64,000 nucleotides of DNA, from NCBI RefSeq assembly GCF_018977255.1, contig NW_024704743.1, forward strand, positions 85,314,001 through 85,378,000, given 5' to 3'. The translations under genes were made by a program, and so were the position numbers. Shown here in pieces: positions 25,346-38,235 of this stretch. This DNA comes from Callorhinchus milii (Eukaryota). Within the stretch, counting starts at the first letter, position 1, and the number at the start of each line of letters is the position of its first letter. The notes under the pieces are model-generated. The model ran no database searches and was not told where the DNA came from. It worked only from the letters and a program-made list of their open reading frames with translations.

Positions 25346-26695
25346 TCAGTGCAGCTCCACTGGTGTTGGGGGAATCCTTTGGTATCTTTGCCCAAGTGGG
25401 TATTACTCACATCTTAAGTCTGGACAGTGTATGTTAGCATCTACTTGACCCAAAGGAGGGCTGGAGGGAGGGAAACAGGGAGGGAAAGAAGAGAGAAGCA
25501 AGAAGGTGCAGTGATTTTCCACTCAGTGGGGGGTGGGGGGGACGGGCGGGGAGGAGGGGGCAGAGAGAAACTGAAGGGAAAAGGAGAGGCTGTGCCTCCC
25601 CTTTGTGTTACCCCAACTCAGATCAGATAATATCACGCAGGCTGGAGTCTGTATGGATAACCTTGCTGAAACATTGGCAGAGCTATTCAGCAGTGGCTTA
25701 AAAATATACTCAGCAATAGTACTTATTGCTTTCGCTCACAAAATATACAGTCAATTCACGGTATATTATGTGAAGTGCTTTGGGACGTCTTGAAGACGTG
25801 ATAAGGCACAAAATCAAATGCAAGGGTTATTATTATTATTATGACACGGGCCCGACTTACCTTCCTCACCAGGAGGTTTAGAGAGCACTTCAGGGAAGTT
25901 TGTAACGACTACAAAGGTCTGCAAATACGCACTCAGAAACTTACACAGAGCAACTGCTACCAGCCTCCGGCTGACCAATATCTACTGACTGAGGAGAGCT
26001 GACAGCGGCCTCTTTTTGAATGCAGAAATATAAAAAGTGGTTTCTTGTACCGGTAATAATTTGTTTATATAAAACGTAAAAAATTTCAATATGCTATCTT
26101 TACCCTGCAGCCATTATGCTGCCAATGACACAAAGAAATAACAAGGAATTCCTCAAATAGTTACTGTCTCAATTGCAGAACTGATGGCTGAGAGAATATA
26201 TCGCTGTACAACCGCTGGGAATTAACTATTGCTAGCCCTTAGCACTATTTTTCTTTTACAGTACTTTTTTCAAATAAAACACACACTAGAATGAGATCCA
26301 TCAAGTTCTGAAAAAACATACAAGCTTAAATCTGATAAAATATGCCAACTTTAACCAGATCGCAGATCCTAAGAGATTTGGATGAAGAAGGCACTTTGGC
26401 CCATTTGATCTCATCAATGCAGAACACCTACCCTATCGTCCTCCCATTAGTCAATTCAAAGGCAATGCAGGACTGAACATTTCTTCAGTTCTGATCAGGA
26501 TGCTCCATGTGATGCATTTTGACAATATTTGTGATTAAAGAATTTCCTATTACTATATAAGTGCACATCAGCAAAGTGACCCCCATCCACAGCCCCCAGC
26601 CCCCACCCTCACAGAAAAATAATGTTACTCCTGGCAGAAGCCTGTCCATCAAATCAGTTCGGAGAATGCACAGAAGGGCCTACTGCAGTCATCAT

Positions 26696-27070
26696 AGTCC
26701 TGTTTCTTAGTGGTCAGAGCACTTGACTTGCAAGCGAGAGCACCTGGATTCAATTCCCGGGTGAGGCGAAAAGTTAGACAAGTTTCCTTACTCCACACAT
26801 CTCTGTTTACCCAGAGTAGATAAGAACCCGGTTGTTAGTCGGTTGGAAGATCGTTTTCCCAGGGGTAATAATGCCTTAAAAAAAACAATAATGATTTGGT
26901 CACTCAATCCACACGACTGTTTGTGAGACACTGCTGTATGCAATTGGCTGTGTACTTCTCCCACAAAATATAGAGTCAATTCACTTTATAGTGTATTCTG
27001 TGAAGTGCTTTGACGATGTCGAAGATGTGATAAGCTTCTATCTCAAAACAAGAATTATTATCATCATCAT
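26696..27070 (+). mobile_element. Full-length tRNA-derived SINE, older copy
   Basis: Same head, body and tail as 33826-34196, with more substitutions. Confidence 0.8.
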
Positions 27071-30069
27071 TTTCTTAAACTTTTTGAAAAACAAGACATA
27101 ACAGAATTTGAAATATAAACTTCTAATTTTACTAGTTTTAGAAGCAAGTAGTGTTGCTGCACAGGCAACACCACTGTGCACAATTCCCCCCGCCAAGAAT
27201 TCCATGCATCCCATCTCCAATCAAAATTCCAGAGAGATTGTTGGAATGGAATGCACACTCTCCCTGGAAGGATACATCCTGCTTACCTAATTCCGGAAGT
27301 ATTAGGCGCAGGTTGGCAAGAGCCAAGGCTTGGGGACCCCAGAGAGTGTTTTGGGGTACGGCTAGAGTTTAACCAACTGAAACTGCATGGCTTGGTATTA
27401 ATAGTACTGTTTGGCAAGCTTTCCCACTGCTTATCCAGCTAGGACCACCCTACCCGATAGGGCTTTGGGTTGCAGGGTTAACAGGAGCTGTGTGGGAGGA
27501 TTACTTGCCCCAATGACTGGTCTGCCCTTCCAAGTCCTGCCTGTCCAAGTCCTGCCCATGAACCAGGAAGTTTTACAATCGTAAACATTTTTTAATTGGA
27601 GAAGTCAGCTTAACAACTAAACTCAGTTTAATATTTTTCCTTGGCTAGTTTTATGCTGAATTACAGAGATATGGGGCATTGGCAAGGCCCCCGGAAAGCA
27701 CTTTTTTTTTTGGAAGGGGCCGGAATAGAAGGCTTCAACAGTTCAACAGCAGCGTGCCCCAAATAATGAGATAAGTTTGTAGAGCTATGGGGAGAGAGTG
27801 GGGGAATGGAATTGGGTTGGATAGTTCTTTTCAAAGAACCGCCACAGACACGATGGGCCGAATGGTCTCCTTCTGTACTGTTTGAATCTATGCAGTTTCT
27901 GGCAACTACTGTACAGAGAATTCTCCCCTCCTGCTGGTGAAACTGTTCTGCACCATAAAACAGAGCAAGAGGTGAAGCTGCAACTGCGCAAAACTACTTT
28001 ATAAAGCACTTCTTTCTCCATTACAAATCTAGCGCATATTTTTCTGCATTGATAAGATAGTAAATTAGTCATTTCTGATAAGAAAACGAACAGTTTACTC
28101 TCGTATCTGGCTGACCAGCAGAATTTTCTGACATGCTTTTATTGAGGGCGGCCAAATTCTAATGTACTATGTAATCTTAGTGACTGAACAAAACTCAATG
28201 GGGACCAATATTTCCTTGCATTTGATATAGAGCCTTATCATGTTGTCACGACATCTCACAAGTGCTTCACAGGATATACTGAAAAGTAATGTGTGTAAAC
28301 GTATTTTATGAGCAATAGCACACAATAATAAAGTCATTTCTAATGGGATTCTTAATAAGGTTTAAGTGCCAACTCTTCTGGGAACCCAAAGTCCATTCCA
28401 CATACTAGCAGTTTCCTTATTAAAGAGTACTATACATCAGAGATCTTCTCTGCCACAGCAATAGCGTCCCAGCTATCACTGTCGGGTCAAATTACAAAGG
28501 ATTCTCCAACCTGATTTTATATAACTGAACAGAATCTCAAATTAAAATTTGTTCAGAAATTAATCCAGAAAAATAATACAGTATCTTCATTTAAAGAGTT
28601 TGCATGCAGTTTTGGGGGGAAGGGAGGAAAGATACAGGAAATAAGATTATAGCTCTAACAGGACCAAAATTTACAGGAGGTGGNAAAAAGTTGTATTGTA
28701 TTTCAAAGATATTAATACAGACACAATGAGAGGGGACATGTTATGTTTTAAACTTCTTTCAGATTAAACCTGCACGTAATACCTTCTGGTATTAGGTAAA
28801 CAAGGTGTGCATTCCATTCCAAATAAAGGGAAATTTCCACTTATGTGGAACTCTCATTAGTTTAGTTTGGAATTTCTTAAAAAACATGTTAATGAGTTCA
28901 CACATGTGTCAGGCCCCACCTCCCTGACCAAAAAAAACCCTCTAAAGACCTAAGAGTAATAAAAACTAACCTTGCATTGCACCTATTTTCAGACAAAATT
29001 TAATCTGGGCAAAATGAAACTATGCTGGGGATACTTAGAAGCTGTTTAAATTTCACCCGATTAGTTATTCTCCACAAAATGGATGCATAGAGAATCACCG
29101 AGATTATACCATTCCTGCAATGGTTTCCTTGTAACAGCAGACACTGTCCCACGTGGCTAAATGGTTGCCACAGGAACCGTTGACTCATCGTCGAAATTGA
29201 GAAACTAATTCATTTTCTAGATTAAGATCTTTCAGTTCATTTCTGTATATACTCAATATACATTCATGTACAAACTCTACAAATTCATCACTGCACATTA
29301 CAGAAAATTCAGTGAAGCGCTTTGAGGCATTTCAATGTGATAAGGTTCTACATCAAATACAATGATTATAGTAATGATAATATCTCGTTCTAGAATATTA
29401 CAAGTAACACACTCCATTTTAATAGAATCCAGATCGTTTCTTAAACGTTAGCAGCAAAATTTGAATTTATCCATAGTAAACAACAATCATAATGACAAGA
29501 CGAGTAGAGGATAATATGTCTCAGAGATACAACCACTGCTTTCTGGAGTTTTGCTTCAATAGGTGTAAATATCAGTTTTTTTCAAAATTAATATTCTAGA
29601 TATTAATGCAAAAACTATTTGCAAAACAAGATTAGAGTACAAAATGCTTTCCAATCCCATTTAAAACAATTATTTAATAGCATAAAATGATTATAAAGCA
29701 ATTGGCCCTCTCTCCCTGCCTTCAAAAGTCTCTTAAAAATCTATTTTTGACAATGTTTTAGGTCAACATTCTCAAACCCTTTACCCTTTTCAGTCTTTGT
29801 AAAGTGCTTAGAGATATAATCCAAATTGAAAGGCACTTATATAAGTACAGTAGGTAAATGTTTATTCAGAATGATCATTTAGTGCAAACCGGTTTTGACC
29901 CTATCGGGCAGCTCAGTAAATGTATTCAGTCAGTAGCTGGTTACAGAGCAGAACATCCAAGGTTCAAGCTCAGGTCTGGGACGACTTCACAGATCTCAGT
30001 GGTGGTGGTATCCAGCTCGCACAAGATTTTATTCTTCATTTAAATGAGAACAAAAAAAGGATCTGCATA

Positions 30070-30384
30070 TAATAATAATAATCCTTGCATTTGATATAGC
30101 GCTTTTCACGTCGGGAGGACGTCCCAAAGCGCTTCACAGAACACACTGTAAAGTGAATTGACTGTATGTTCGTGGGCGAACGTGGCAGCCAATTGCGCAC
30201 AGCAGTGTCCCACAAACAGTCGTAGATTGAAAATGACCAATTTATTATTGTTTTTGGTTTTGGAGGGATTATTATTAGGCGGGGTGGAGTAAGGAAACTT
30301 GTCCAAGGTTTCACCCTGTCTGGAATTGAACTCAGGTCTCTCGCTTGCAAAGTGAGTGCTCTAACCACTGAGCTACAGGACTCC
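30070..30384 (-). mobile_element. Young full-length tRNA-derived SINE (CTCCC-loop subfamily)
   Basis: tRNA-like head and (TTA)n tail; nearly identical to 35334-35658. Confidence 0.88.
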
Positions 30385-30464
30385 ACGATATGCGTGCACT
30401 TCAAAGACAAAGTTACGACAACTATTTGAAATCCTTCACTGACTGCATTTCTCAAGACAGATTC

Positions 30465-30928
30465 TGGCACTCTCCCGCACTAGGCTCTGTGACTCGATCA
30501 CCTCCATCCTTGCCCAACTCCACTGGCTTCTCATCATATAGACGATACAGTTCAAGATCCTGGTCCTCACCTTCAAAGCCCTCCATGGTCTTGCTCACCC
30601 TCCTAACTCCCTACTATCCTGTTCGCTCCCTCCGCTCAACGGGCTCTGGCCTGCTTCACGTCCCCCACCTTGCTCACCCCACTATTGGCAGGCGGGCCTT
30701 CTGCCACTCTGTACCCACCCTCTGGAACTCCATCCCACAGTCCCTCCCTCACCACCTTCAAGACCCACCTCAAGACCCTCTTCTCCGACCGTGTTTTCAA
30801 TCTCCCTGCTTATCCCCCTTCCCTCCCCCACCCCGACCCTCAGCTTGGGTCTGAAACTCTGTCTGTCCAGCGCCTTGGGACGTCCTCCCGACGTGAAAGG
30901 TGCTATACAAATGTAATTTTGTTGTTGT
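30465..30928 (+). mobile_element. L2 LINE 3' fragment
   Basis: Encodes IGRRAFCHSVPTLWNSIP; tail GGGACGTCCTCCCGACGTGAAAGG followed by (TTG)n. Confidence 0.85.
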
Positions 30929-33825
30929 GGCTTAACGTAAAGGAATTCCAAAGTCCATAAAACACAACTTTGAGTACGCTGTAATCTAAACATATCACAA
31001 GGAAGTTATCAGTGAATTGTTTGCACCTAATTTCATACCCTTCTCTCTTCTCGTCTCAGGGAGGAAATAATTCATGTTCTGCAAGCACCAGCAACGACCT
31101 AGTACTGCATTCAAGTTATCATGGTTTATGTGCAAGACAAAATAATAAGTCAGCAGGCTTTCTGAAGTACACATATTGGAACTGGCAAATAAAAAAACAA
31201 GTGATGGTCACATCACACTGCACAAGCAAATTATTGTTCATGTCTTCAAAATCTTTAAATAAGCCAAGGCAGCAGGACAAGAGGCTGCAGGTTCAGGATC
31301 ACAAGCGACAATCTGAGGACAAAGGACAAACTAGGAAGTGTTTCTTTACACTGAAGGTAATTAATGACAAGAAGGGTGGCTGAGGCCAGGATGCTGGACT
31401 CATTTAAGAAACAGCTTTGGATGCTGTGATGGGAGGATGGTAGAGTGGATATTCCAGAAGGTTCAGATCACATTAGCTGAAGGGCTTTCTTCATCAGATC
31501 CTCATCCTTGGGATGAGGCAACGTGTGGGAGGCTATCCTACAACATACACTACACTTGACATTACCCTACACTCTTCACCATACCGGACAGTAAATCCTG
31601 TGAAATTTTTTGAGACATCTTTCTAACGTGAAAGGCGCAATATCAAATACAAACATCATATTATTAATTCCTTAACAATTCTGTAGTTCTCACAGGGAGC
31701 TCAGATTGTTCCCTATTTCTGGGAGCTAATCAGTTGGCATAAAAGTCCCCTAAGTGATCTCTGTTTACTTGCTCTTTGTTTTCTAGACACATGAAATTCT
31801 GCTACCGTGGAAACTGAAGCAATTTGTGATCTTCTGGTTAGATTTGTCCCATTGTCCTAACAGTGATGTTGTCTAATGTTATAAAGGGTGGGTTAGTGAT
31901 GTAGTTTATTTATTTGGTGATGGGTGGCGGGGGAGAAATGAAAAGGAACTGCAGTGAGATTTATCTGGCAAACAAAGGTTGGTTTAAATTAGTTTTGTTT
32001 AATCTGCTGCCACTGAGATCAGTATAGTGGAAACAAAAGCATCTTTCTTTTTTCATTTATATGCCATTCTCTTTAAATTGGTTTTGTTCTCTCTATCAAA
32101 GTTTATTGGAAGCAGGTCATCTGCTTGCCCTTGACTGAGAAATACCGAATGGGGGCCTTAGAATGCAGGAAAAAGTAAAAAAGTGAATGAGAAATTATAT
32201 CGTGCAGAGTTATTGCAAAATGTACTGTTGTACCAGTTTGATCATTTAGGCTTTGTATGATGAAAGAATTTACATTGAAACTTAGTCTGCCACTAACTCT
32301 TGAACCAACATTTTGAAACCATACTTCAAAACAGACCAGATACTTGGTGTTAAATACTTCAGATGAATTCAAATATCTCAGATAGTGAAAATGTTACAAG
32401 AACGTCAAATGTCATAATGTAATGTCTGTATATTCACATAAGGCTTTTGACCCAGTGCAGTATACAAAAGTATCCAAAGAAACACACGCTTTACTTATAA
32501 ATAGAGCAGTCAGTCCCCTACACTTACATCAAGCCGAAGGCTAAATGCAATTAAAATCCAAAAGCAATTAAAGTGCAAAATTGACAAGGTAATCATTAGC
32601 AAAATAGCATTTTTGAGGTATTTTAAAACCACAGACTTTATTGCTCTGAAATCTCTTTTAGTGTTTGCCATCTTTAGATCTTTAGTCCAATCATCAGCAA
32701 TGCTTTGTATTAAAAACAAATAGATCCAAATGGCTTTCTACACATAAATATCAATGTTGAGATTGCTATGTAAATATTAATTATTAATGACTGTGCTCAC
32801 TCAAACACAAGGTTCCATCAGCTGATACCCATTATAATTGTCATCACTTATTGACCTTGATCCTATGAAAAACTGCCGTTGAGACATTCCAAAGTGAAGC
32901 ATGAATAGGTTATTCATTGGTTTTAAATTCTTCCCTACTTACACATATCCTCCGGTATAAATAATAAGCATACATTGATCATTCCTGTCTACAAAGATCC
33001 AAAGAATATAGTTTTGTATCCTGTCCATTCCGCGCTAAATTAGGAGATCGAAGCTGAGGCAGCAATTGGTCTCAGCGTCATTGCTCAGGGGATTGGGGAG
33101 GGATGGAAAAAAAGAGATACAGTAGAACCCTGTTGTAAGTCGACCTCAACTTGTTACAGGCCAAGATCAAGAGCAGTTAATGCTTCTGCATAGTCACATC
33201 ATAAATTACAGGACAGGTGACGAACAGGATTGCACTTGGTTGTGTATCATCTACTGTTTAATAGCTTGCTGAGATCTAGTTCTGCTGTATGATTTTAAAG
33301 CATGTATCTAACCTTCAGGAAATGGCATTTAAGAGGAAATTTGTGCTTAGTAGGACAGCATAAAGACCCACATCAGTTCTCCTGAACCGTATTAATGCAG
33401 GAGAAGGATCTCTGTTTGCAAATCAGACACAGCAACACGTTTGCTCTTTGTCCATTTCGTGATAACACATGTACTCCATATGTAGTCATGTCATGCTCGA
33501 ATCACGGGTTTCATTACCTGGGCACATGTCTGGTCAGTTTGAAGCATCGCTGCTGTAAAGCTAACATACAGCAATACAGACATACATTGCCATGCAGATA
33601 CATATTTTACTGCATTAAGAAGGCACAGAGGAACCAAGTAGGTTGTTGATGTCCACTGGGTTCTGGGTTCAAGCCCTACACAAATAGATGGGTTGAAAGC
33701 CTTCTTCTTCACAACTCTTAAGTGAAATTAGTTTGGGTAGCCCCAGCCTTGTATCTGCAGTGCTAACTGCATAAAACTGGAAATAATTGCCTACTGTAAA
33801 GACAAAGAAATATATGTGCTTATTT

Positions 33826-34196
33826 GGAGTTCTGTAGGTTAGAGCACTCGCTTCACAAGCGAGAGACCTGGGTTCGATTCCCGGCAGGGCAAAACACTGG
33901 GCAAATTTCCTTACTCCACAGGCCTCTGTTTACCTAGCAGTTAAGTAGGAACCTGGTTGTTAGTCGATTGGCAGATCACTTTTCTAGAGGTAATAATTCC
34001 TTAAAAAAAATGATAGTAATTTGGTTACTCAATCCACGACTGTTTGTGGGACACTGCTGTGTGCAATTGGCTGCCGCGTTTCGCCCACAAAATAGAGTCA
34101 ATTCACTTTACAGTATATTCTGTGAAGCGCTTTGAGATGTCTCGAAGACATGATAAGGCGCTATATCCAATGCAAGGATTATGTATTATTATTATT
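33826..34196 (+). mobile_element. Full-length tRNA-derived SINE (long-body subfamily)
   Basis: B box GGTTCGATTCC, body CCTTACTCCACAGGCCTCTGTTTACC..., tail GATAAGGCGCTATATCCAATGCAAGGATTAT. Confidence 0.85.
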
Positions 34197-35333
34197 GCCA
34201 AAGTCACAAACTCAGCGTCCCAGATCCACAAAGTCACACACTCAGCATCCCAGATCCACGCAGCCAGCACAAGGAAAGATGGAAAGATCCACTTGAACAA
34301 GCAGTGACAATCTTCCAATAGCTGTTCATTGTAATTTTGACATTTACTGCTTCTGGTGCTATTTTACAGCAAGGAACCGATTCACAACTGATATATTGGG
34401 GACAACTGCTGCCACACACTCGCACATTGCTGTGTCGCATTGCAAGTCTGAAACACTAACACGCATTGTTCATCCTGCTGTATAGCTATCAAAGAAATAA
34501 ACTAAAACTAAAGGCCAAGCTCAAATATCTGTGTCACCTTACAGCCAGCAGCTGGTAGTATCTACCATCACAATCAAAAGTTTAAGTTTTCTTGCATTTT
34601 TCATATGAGAGCAGATATCCTGTGTATCAGTACTCCAAACCCAGCACTAGTTTTGTTCACTGATTGAAGTTGTAATCTTAACACATCGACACGCTGTTCT
34701 CCCAGCAGGAAGCCCAATCACAGTCTGAAAAAGCATAAAGGGTTGCATGTTGGGGAAGCAGTAGATGGATGTATCTAGAATTTATTTTCACTCTGCACTC
34801 GTATAAATTTCCTAACTGACACATTGCTCCAGAGATGAGAAGAACAGTGAGACATCTGCTTTTTCCATTTTCTTTAACGTATCACCAACAGCCATTCCAC
34901 GGATCGGGATCAACGTAGAAGAAAAACATGTCTTCAATGTCTTTTCGAGTGGAGGAAAGGGAGAAAAAAAAACTAAAGATTTCCTGTTGGCTGGATATTT
35001 AATATTATCACCTGTGATCTAGCCTTCCTTTTTGCAGAAGTATCTTTTTCTTTCTTTGGTGGAGAGGGGGAAAGAGATGAGAAAAATTTGCAAAGTTTAA
35101 TCCCCCCTGAAAAGAGAGAAATAAAGGAACCTTTAAAGTGTTTTAATTCTAACACCCAGCATTTGTCATCTTGTTTCATTCCAACCTAAAAACAGTCAGG
35201 GGCTGCATCACGCTTGCTAACCTGCTCGAAATGTCTAGATAAGGAGTCCCAATTCAAATTAGCACTTAGCACGCAAATCCATTGTACCTTTACTCCCAAC
35301 ACAGCTCAATAAAGGTTTCATGGCATTTGTATA

Positions 35334-35658
35334 TAATAATAATATAATAATAATAATCCTTGCAATTGATATAGCGCTTTTCACGTCGGGAGGACGTCCC
35401 AAAGCGCTTCACAGAACACACTGTAAAGTGAATTAACTGCATATTTGTGGGCGAACGCGGCAGCCAATTGCGCACAGCAATGTCCCACAAACAGTCGTGG
35501 GTTGAAAATGACCAATTTATTATTGTTTTTGGTTTTGGAGGGATTATTATTAGGCGTGTGGAGTAAGGAAACTTGCCCAAGGTTTCGCCCTGCCTGGAAT
35601 TGAACTCAGGTCTCTTGCTTGCAAAGCGAGCGCTCTAACCACTGAGCTACAGGACTCC
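35334..35658 (-). mobile_element. Young full-length tRNA-derived SINE (CTCCC-loop subfamily)
   Basis: Nearly identical to 30070-30384. Confidence 0.88.
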
Positions 35659-37974
35659 GTAAACTAATGTAAAAGAGAAGCTTGCAGTAATCTTGATAAG
35701 CTAGCACAGCTGCTCTGTCTTTCCAGAACCTTGTATTAAACATTCAATGTTAAAAGGCATTTTTTAAAAAAAACTCCCAGGGCACTTTTCCAATGTATGG
35801 TGCCATTTTTCAGGTGGTCATTTTTCAGCCTGATCTTTGAGGAAAACTAAAACTGACAAGTCCATCGAACATTTGTAGAAATTAAGATTGGTGCCAGTAT
35901 AAGGTCCAACTTTAACCAGCCATCCTAGTTGACAGAATACCGCCAACAAAAGGTTCCTACCCAACATTTTGATATCCCTGGGCTCTTTAGTTCATATCTG
36001 CTCAATGGAAACTATAAGGTCAGGTAATTGTAGATTTTCCAGGACAGCTATGAATTGACTTCATTCATTTCCCAAGATCTAGTGATGATAGGGTCAAATA
36101 TTCACTGAGCTCTTTTTTTTGTGTGTAACAAAATGAAGTTTAACCACCGCAATAACTTGCATTTACAGTTTTTAACTTCCTTCACCCAACCAGCATCTTG
36201 GACCGCATAAGAAACAGAATTTTCTGGAGAATTATTTCAAAATATTCTTCAGTTGTGCTGGTAATATACTAAGTTCTTCATTTCGGTTATAGATGTGGAG
36301 AGGTGCTGACTAAAAATCAAATGATTCTCCTACAAGTTGGAAAGGGGAGTACTAAATGCTGAATGCTGCCTTTCCTAGTGACTGGAATCTGAGAGGCACA
36401 TCAAATTGATCTGGTGTATTCTTCCCACTTATTCTACATATATTATGAAAAGCTGAAACACAGCTGAAAGAATGCTGCACCATTTAATGAAGAAAAGTGA
36501 AGTAGTTATTCTATTCATTTACATTAAGATCTAAAAACAAATTTAAAAACAAAATTCTCATCCTAAGCCCTCAACTCGTGACTCTTTTTTTTTTTAAATT
36601 CAGCTGTAAAATTGACTTATTTTAAATTAATGAAACACTTGACAATATTTAATTTGGGAAAATATTCCCCTTCATGCTTTGATGTCTCCCAAGATATGAA
36701 TATATAGTAGTCTATTAGGCAGACTATCATCAATGTATCTCCTGCTGATCTGGAATCACAGGCACCAACAAAGATAAGAATATCAAGAAACAGTACAGTA
36801 GGAGGTTATTCAGCCCATTAAACCTGTTCCAATAGTTTATTGGATCATGGCAATCAGTGGATCAGTATAAAACACATATTTCTGTTTTAGACATACAGAT
36901 CATTGAATCAGTAATAAAACACACATTTTAAAGTCTATTATAATCCAAAATGATGGGATTCATTTTGCTTTATTTAAAACAAACATATTCTCAAATTCAA
37001 ATTACTGCAGATTGTTTACAATGTGGCATCTGGCATTTCTTTGCATCTTCAGTTCAAAAGATTGTTAAAGGCTAATAAAGGAAACTCAGTTCGCAACCCC
37101 ATGTACAGTTCTGAATATGAACATTTGAGAAATGTCACAGAAAAAGGTCATGTCACTCAGCATTAGCAACAACCCAATTCTAAAGTGGTTAAAAATTCTG
37201 GTTAAAAAAGTTGAGAAATAATGCATTAGTATTTCCTTATTCTGCAATGATCAAACTTGCTCATCACTGTCAGGTGCTTTGAGGGGCAGGCAGATGGGCG
37301 ATTGAAAAGGACAGACTGTAATTAAAGGGGCTCTTGTTATCTCAACTTGTGATCGGAAACAGTAGAATTATTGTTTTATTTGGCTTATAATACTGAGTGT
37401 ATAAAATATACAGGAAAGATTGTAATTATCCCCCTATAACAGCATCATATGTAGTCCTGGAATAAAATGGGTTTCCTGCAGCTTAAAGGTTACTGTAACA
37501 TTGTTATTAAAATCGGTGTGAATTTTCCATAGCGAAAATAGAATCTAGGATAAGGCCACTTCAAAGTAACAAGAACTAACTTCAGCAGTAATTAAATAAA
37601 CATCTCACCCTAGCTAGATGGAATTACAATAATAATAATGATTCTTGAAGTCGATACATCACTTGTAACATCCAAACATCCCGAAGTGCTTCACACAGAT
37701 AATTATTGACAAGTGTGGCGATGGTGTATATGTGGGCAAACCTGGCAGGTAATTTTTGCACTACCAATATCCTACAAACAGCCATAAAGTGAATTTATCA
37801 GGAGGATTGGTGGCCAGGACACCAGGAAAAACTTCCTTTCTTTTTTCGAACAGCTGTACCTGGTTTGAAAACCATCTGAAATACTTAGATTAGGAATGCA
37901 TGATCTGATCAACTAAGAAATCAGAAATATAAGGACTGTAAAATAGATGTTTTTTTACAACGTTCAGGATCTTA

Positions 37975-38235
<261 letters not shown>

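Noticed and set aside
34199..34258. 30-nt tandem duplication, and similar 14-16 nt ones at about 18544 and 52437
   Set aside because: Ordinary slippage duplications with two units and no spacers; not CRISPR-like.
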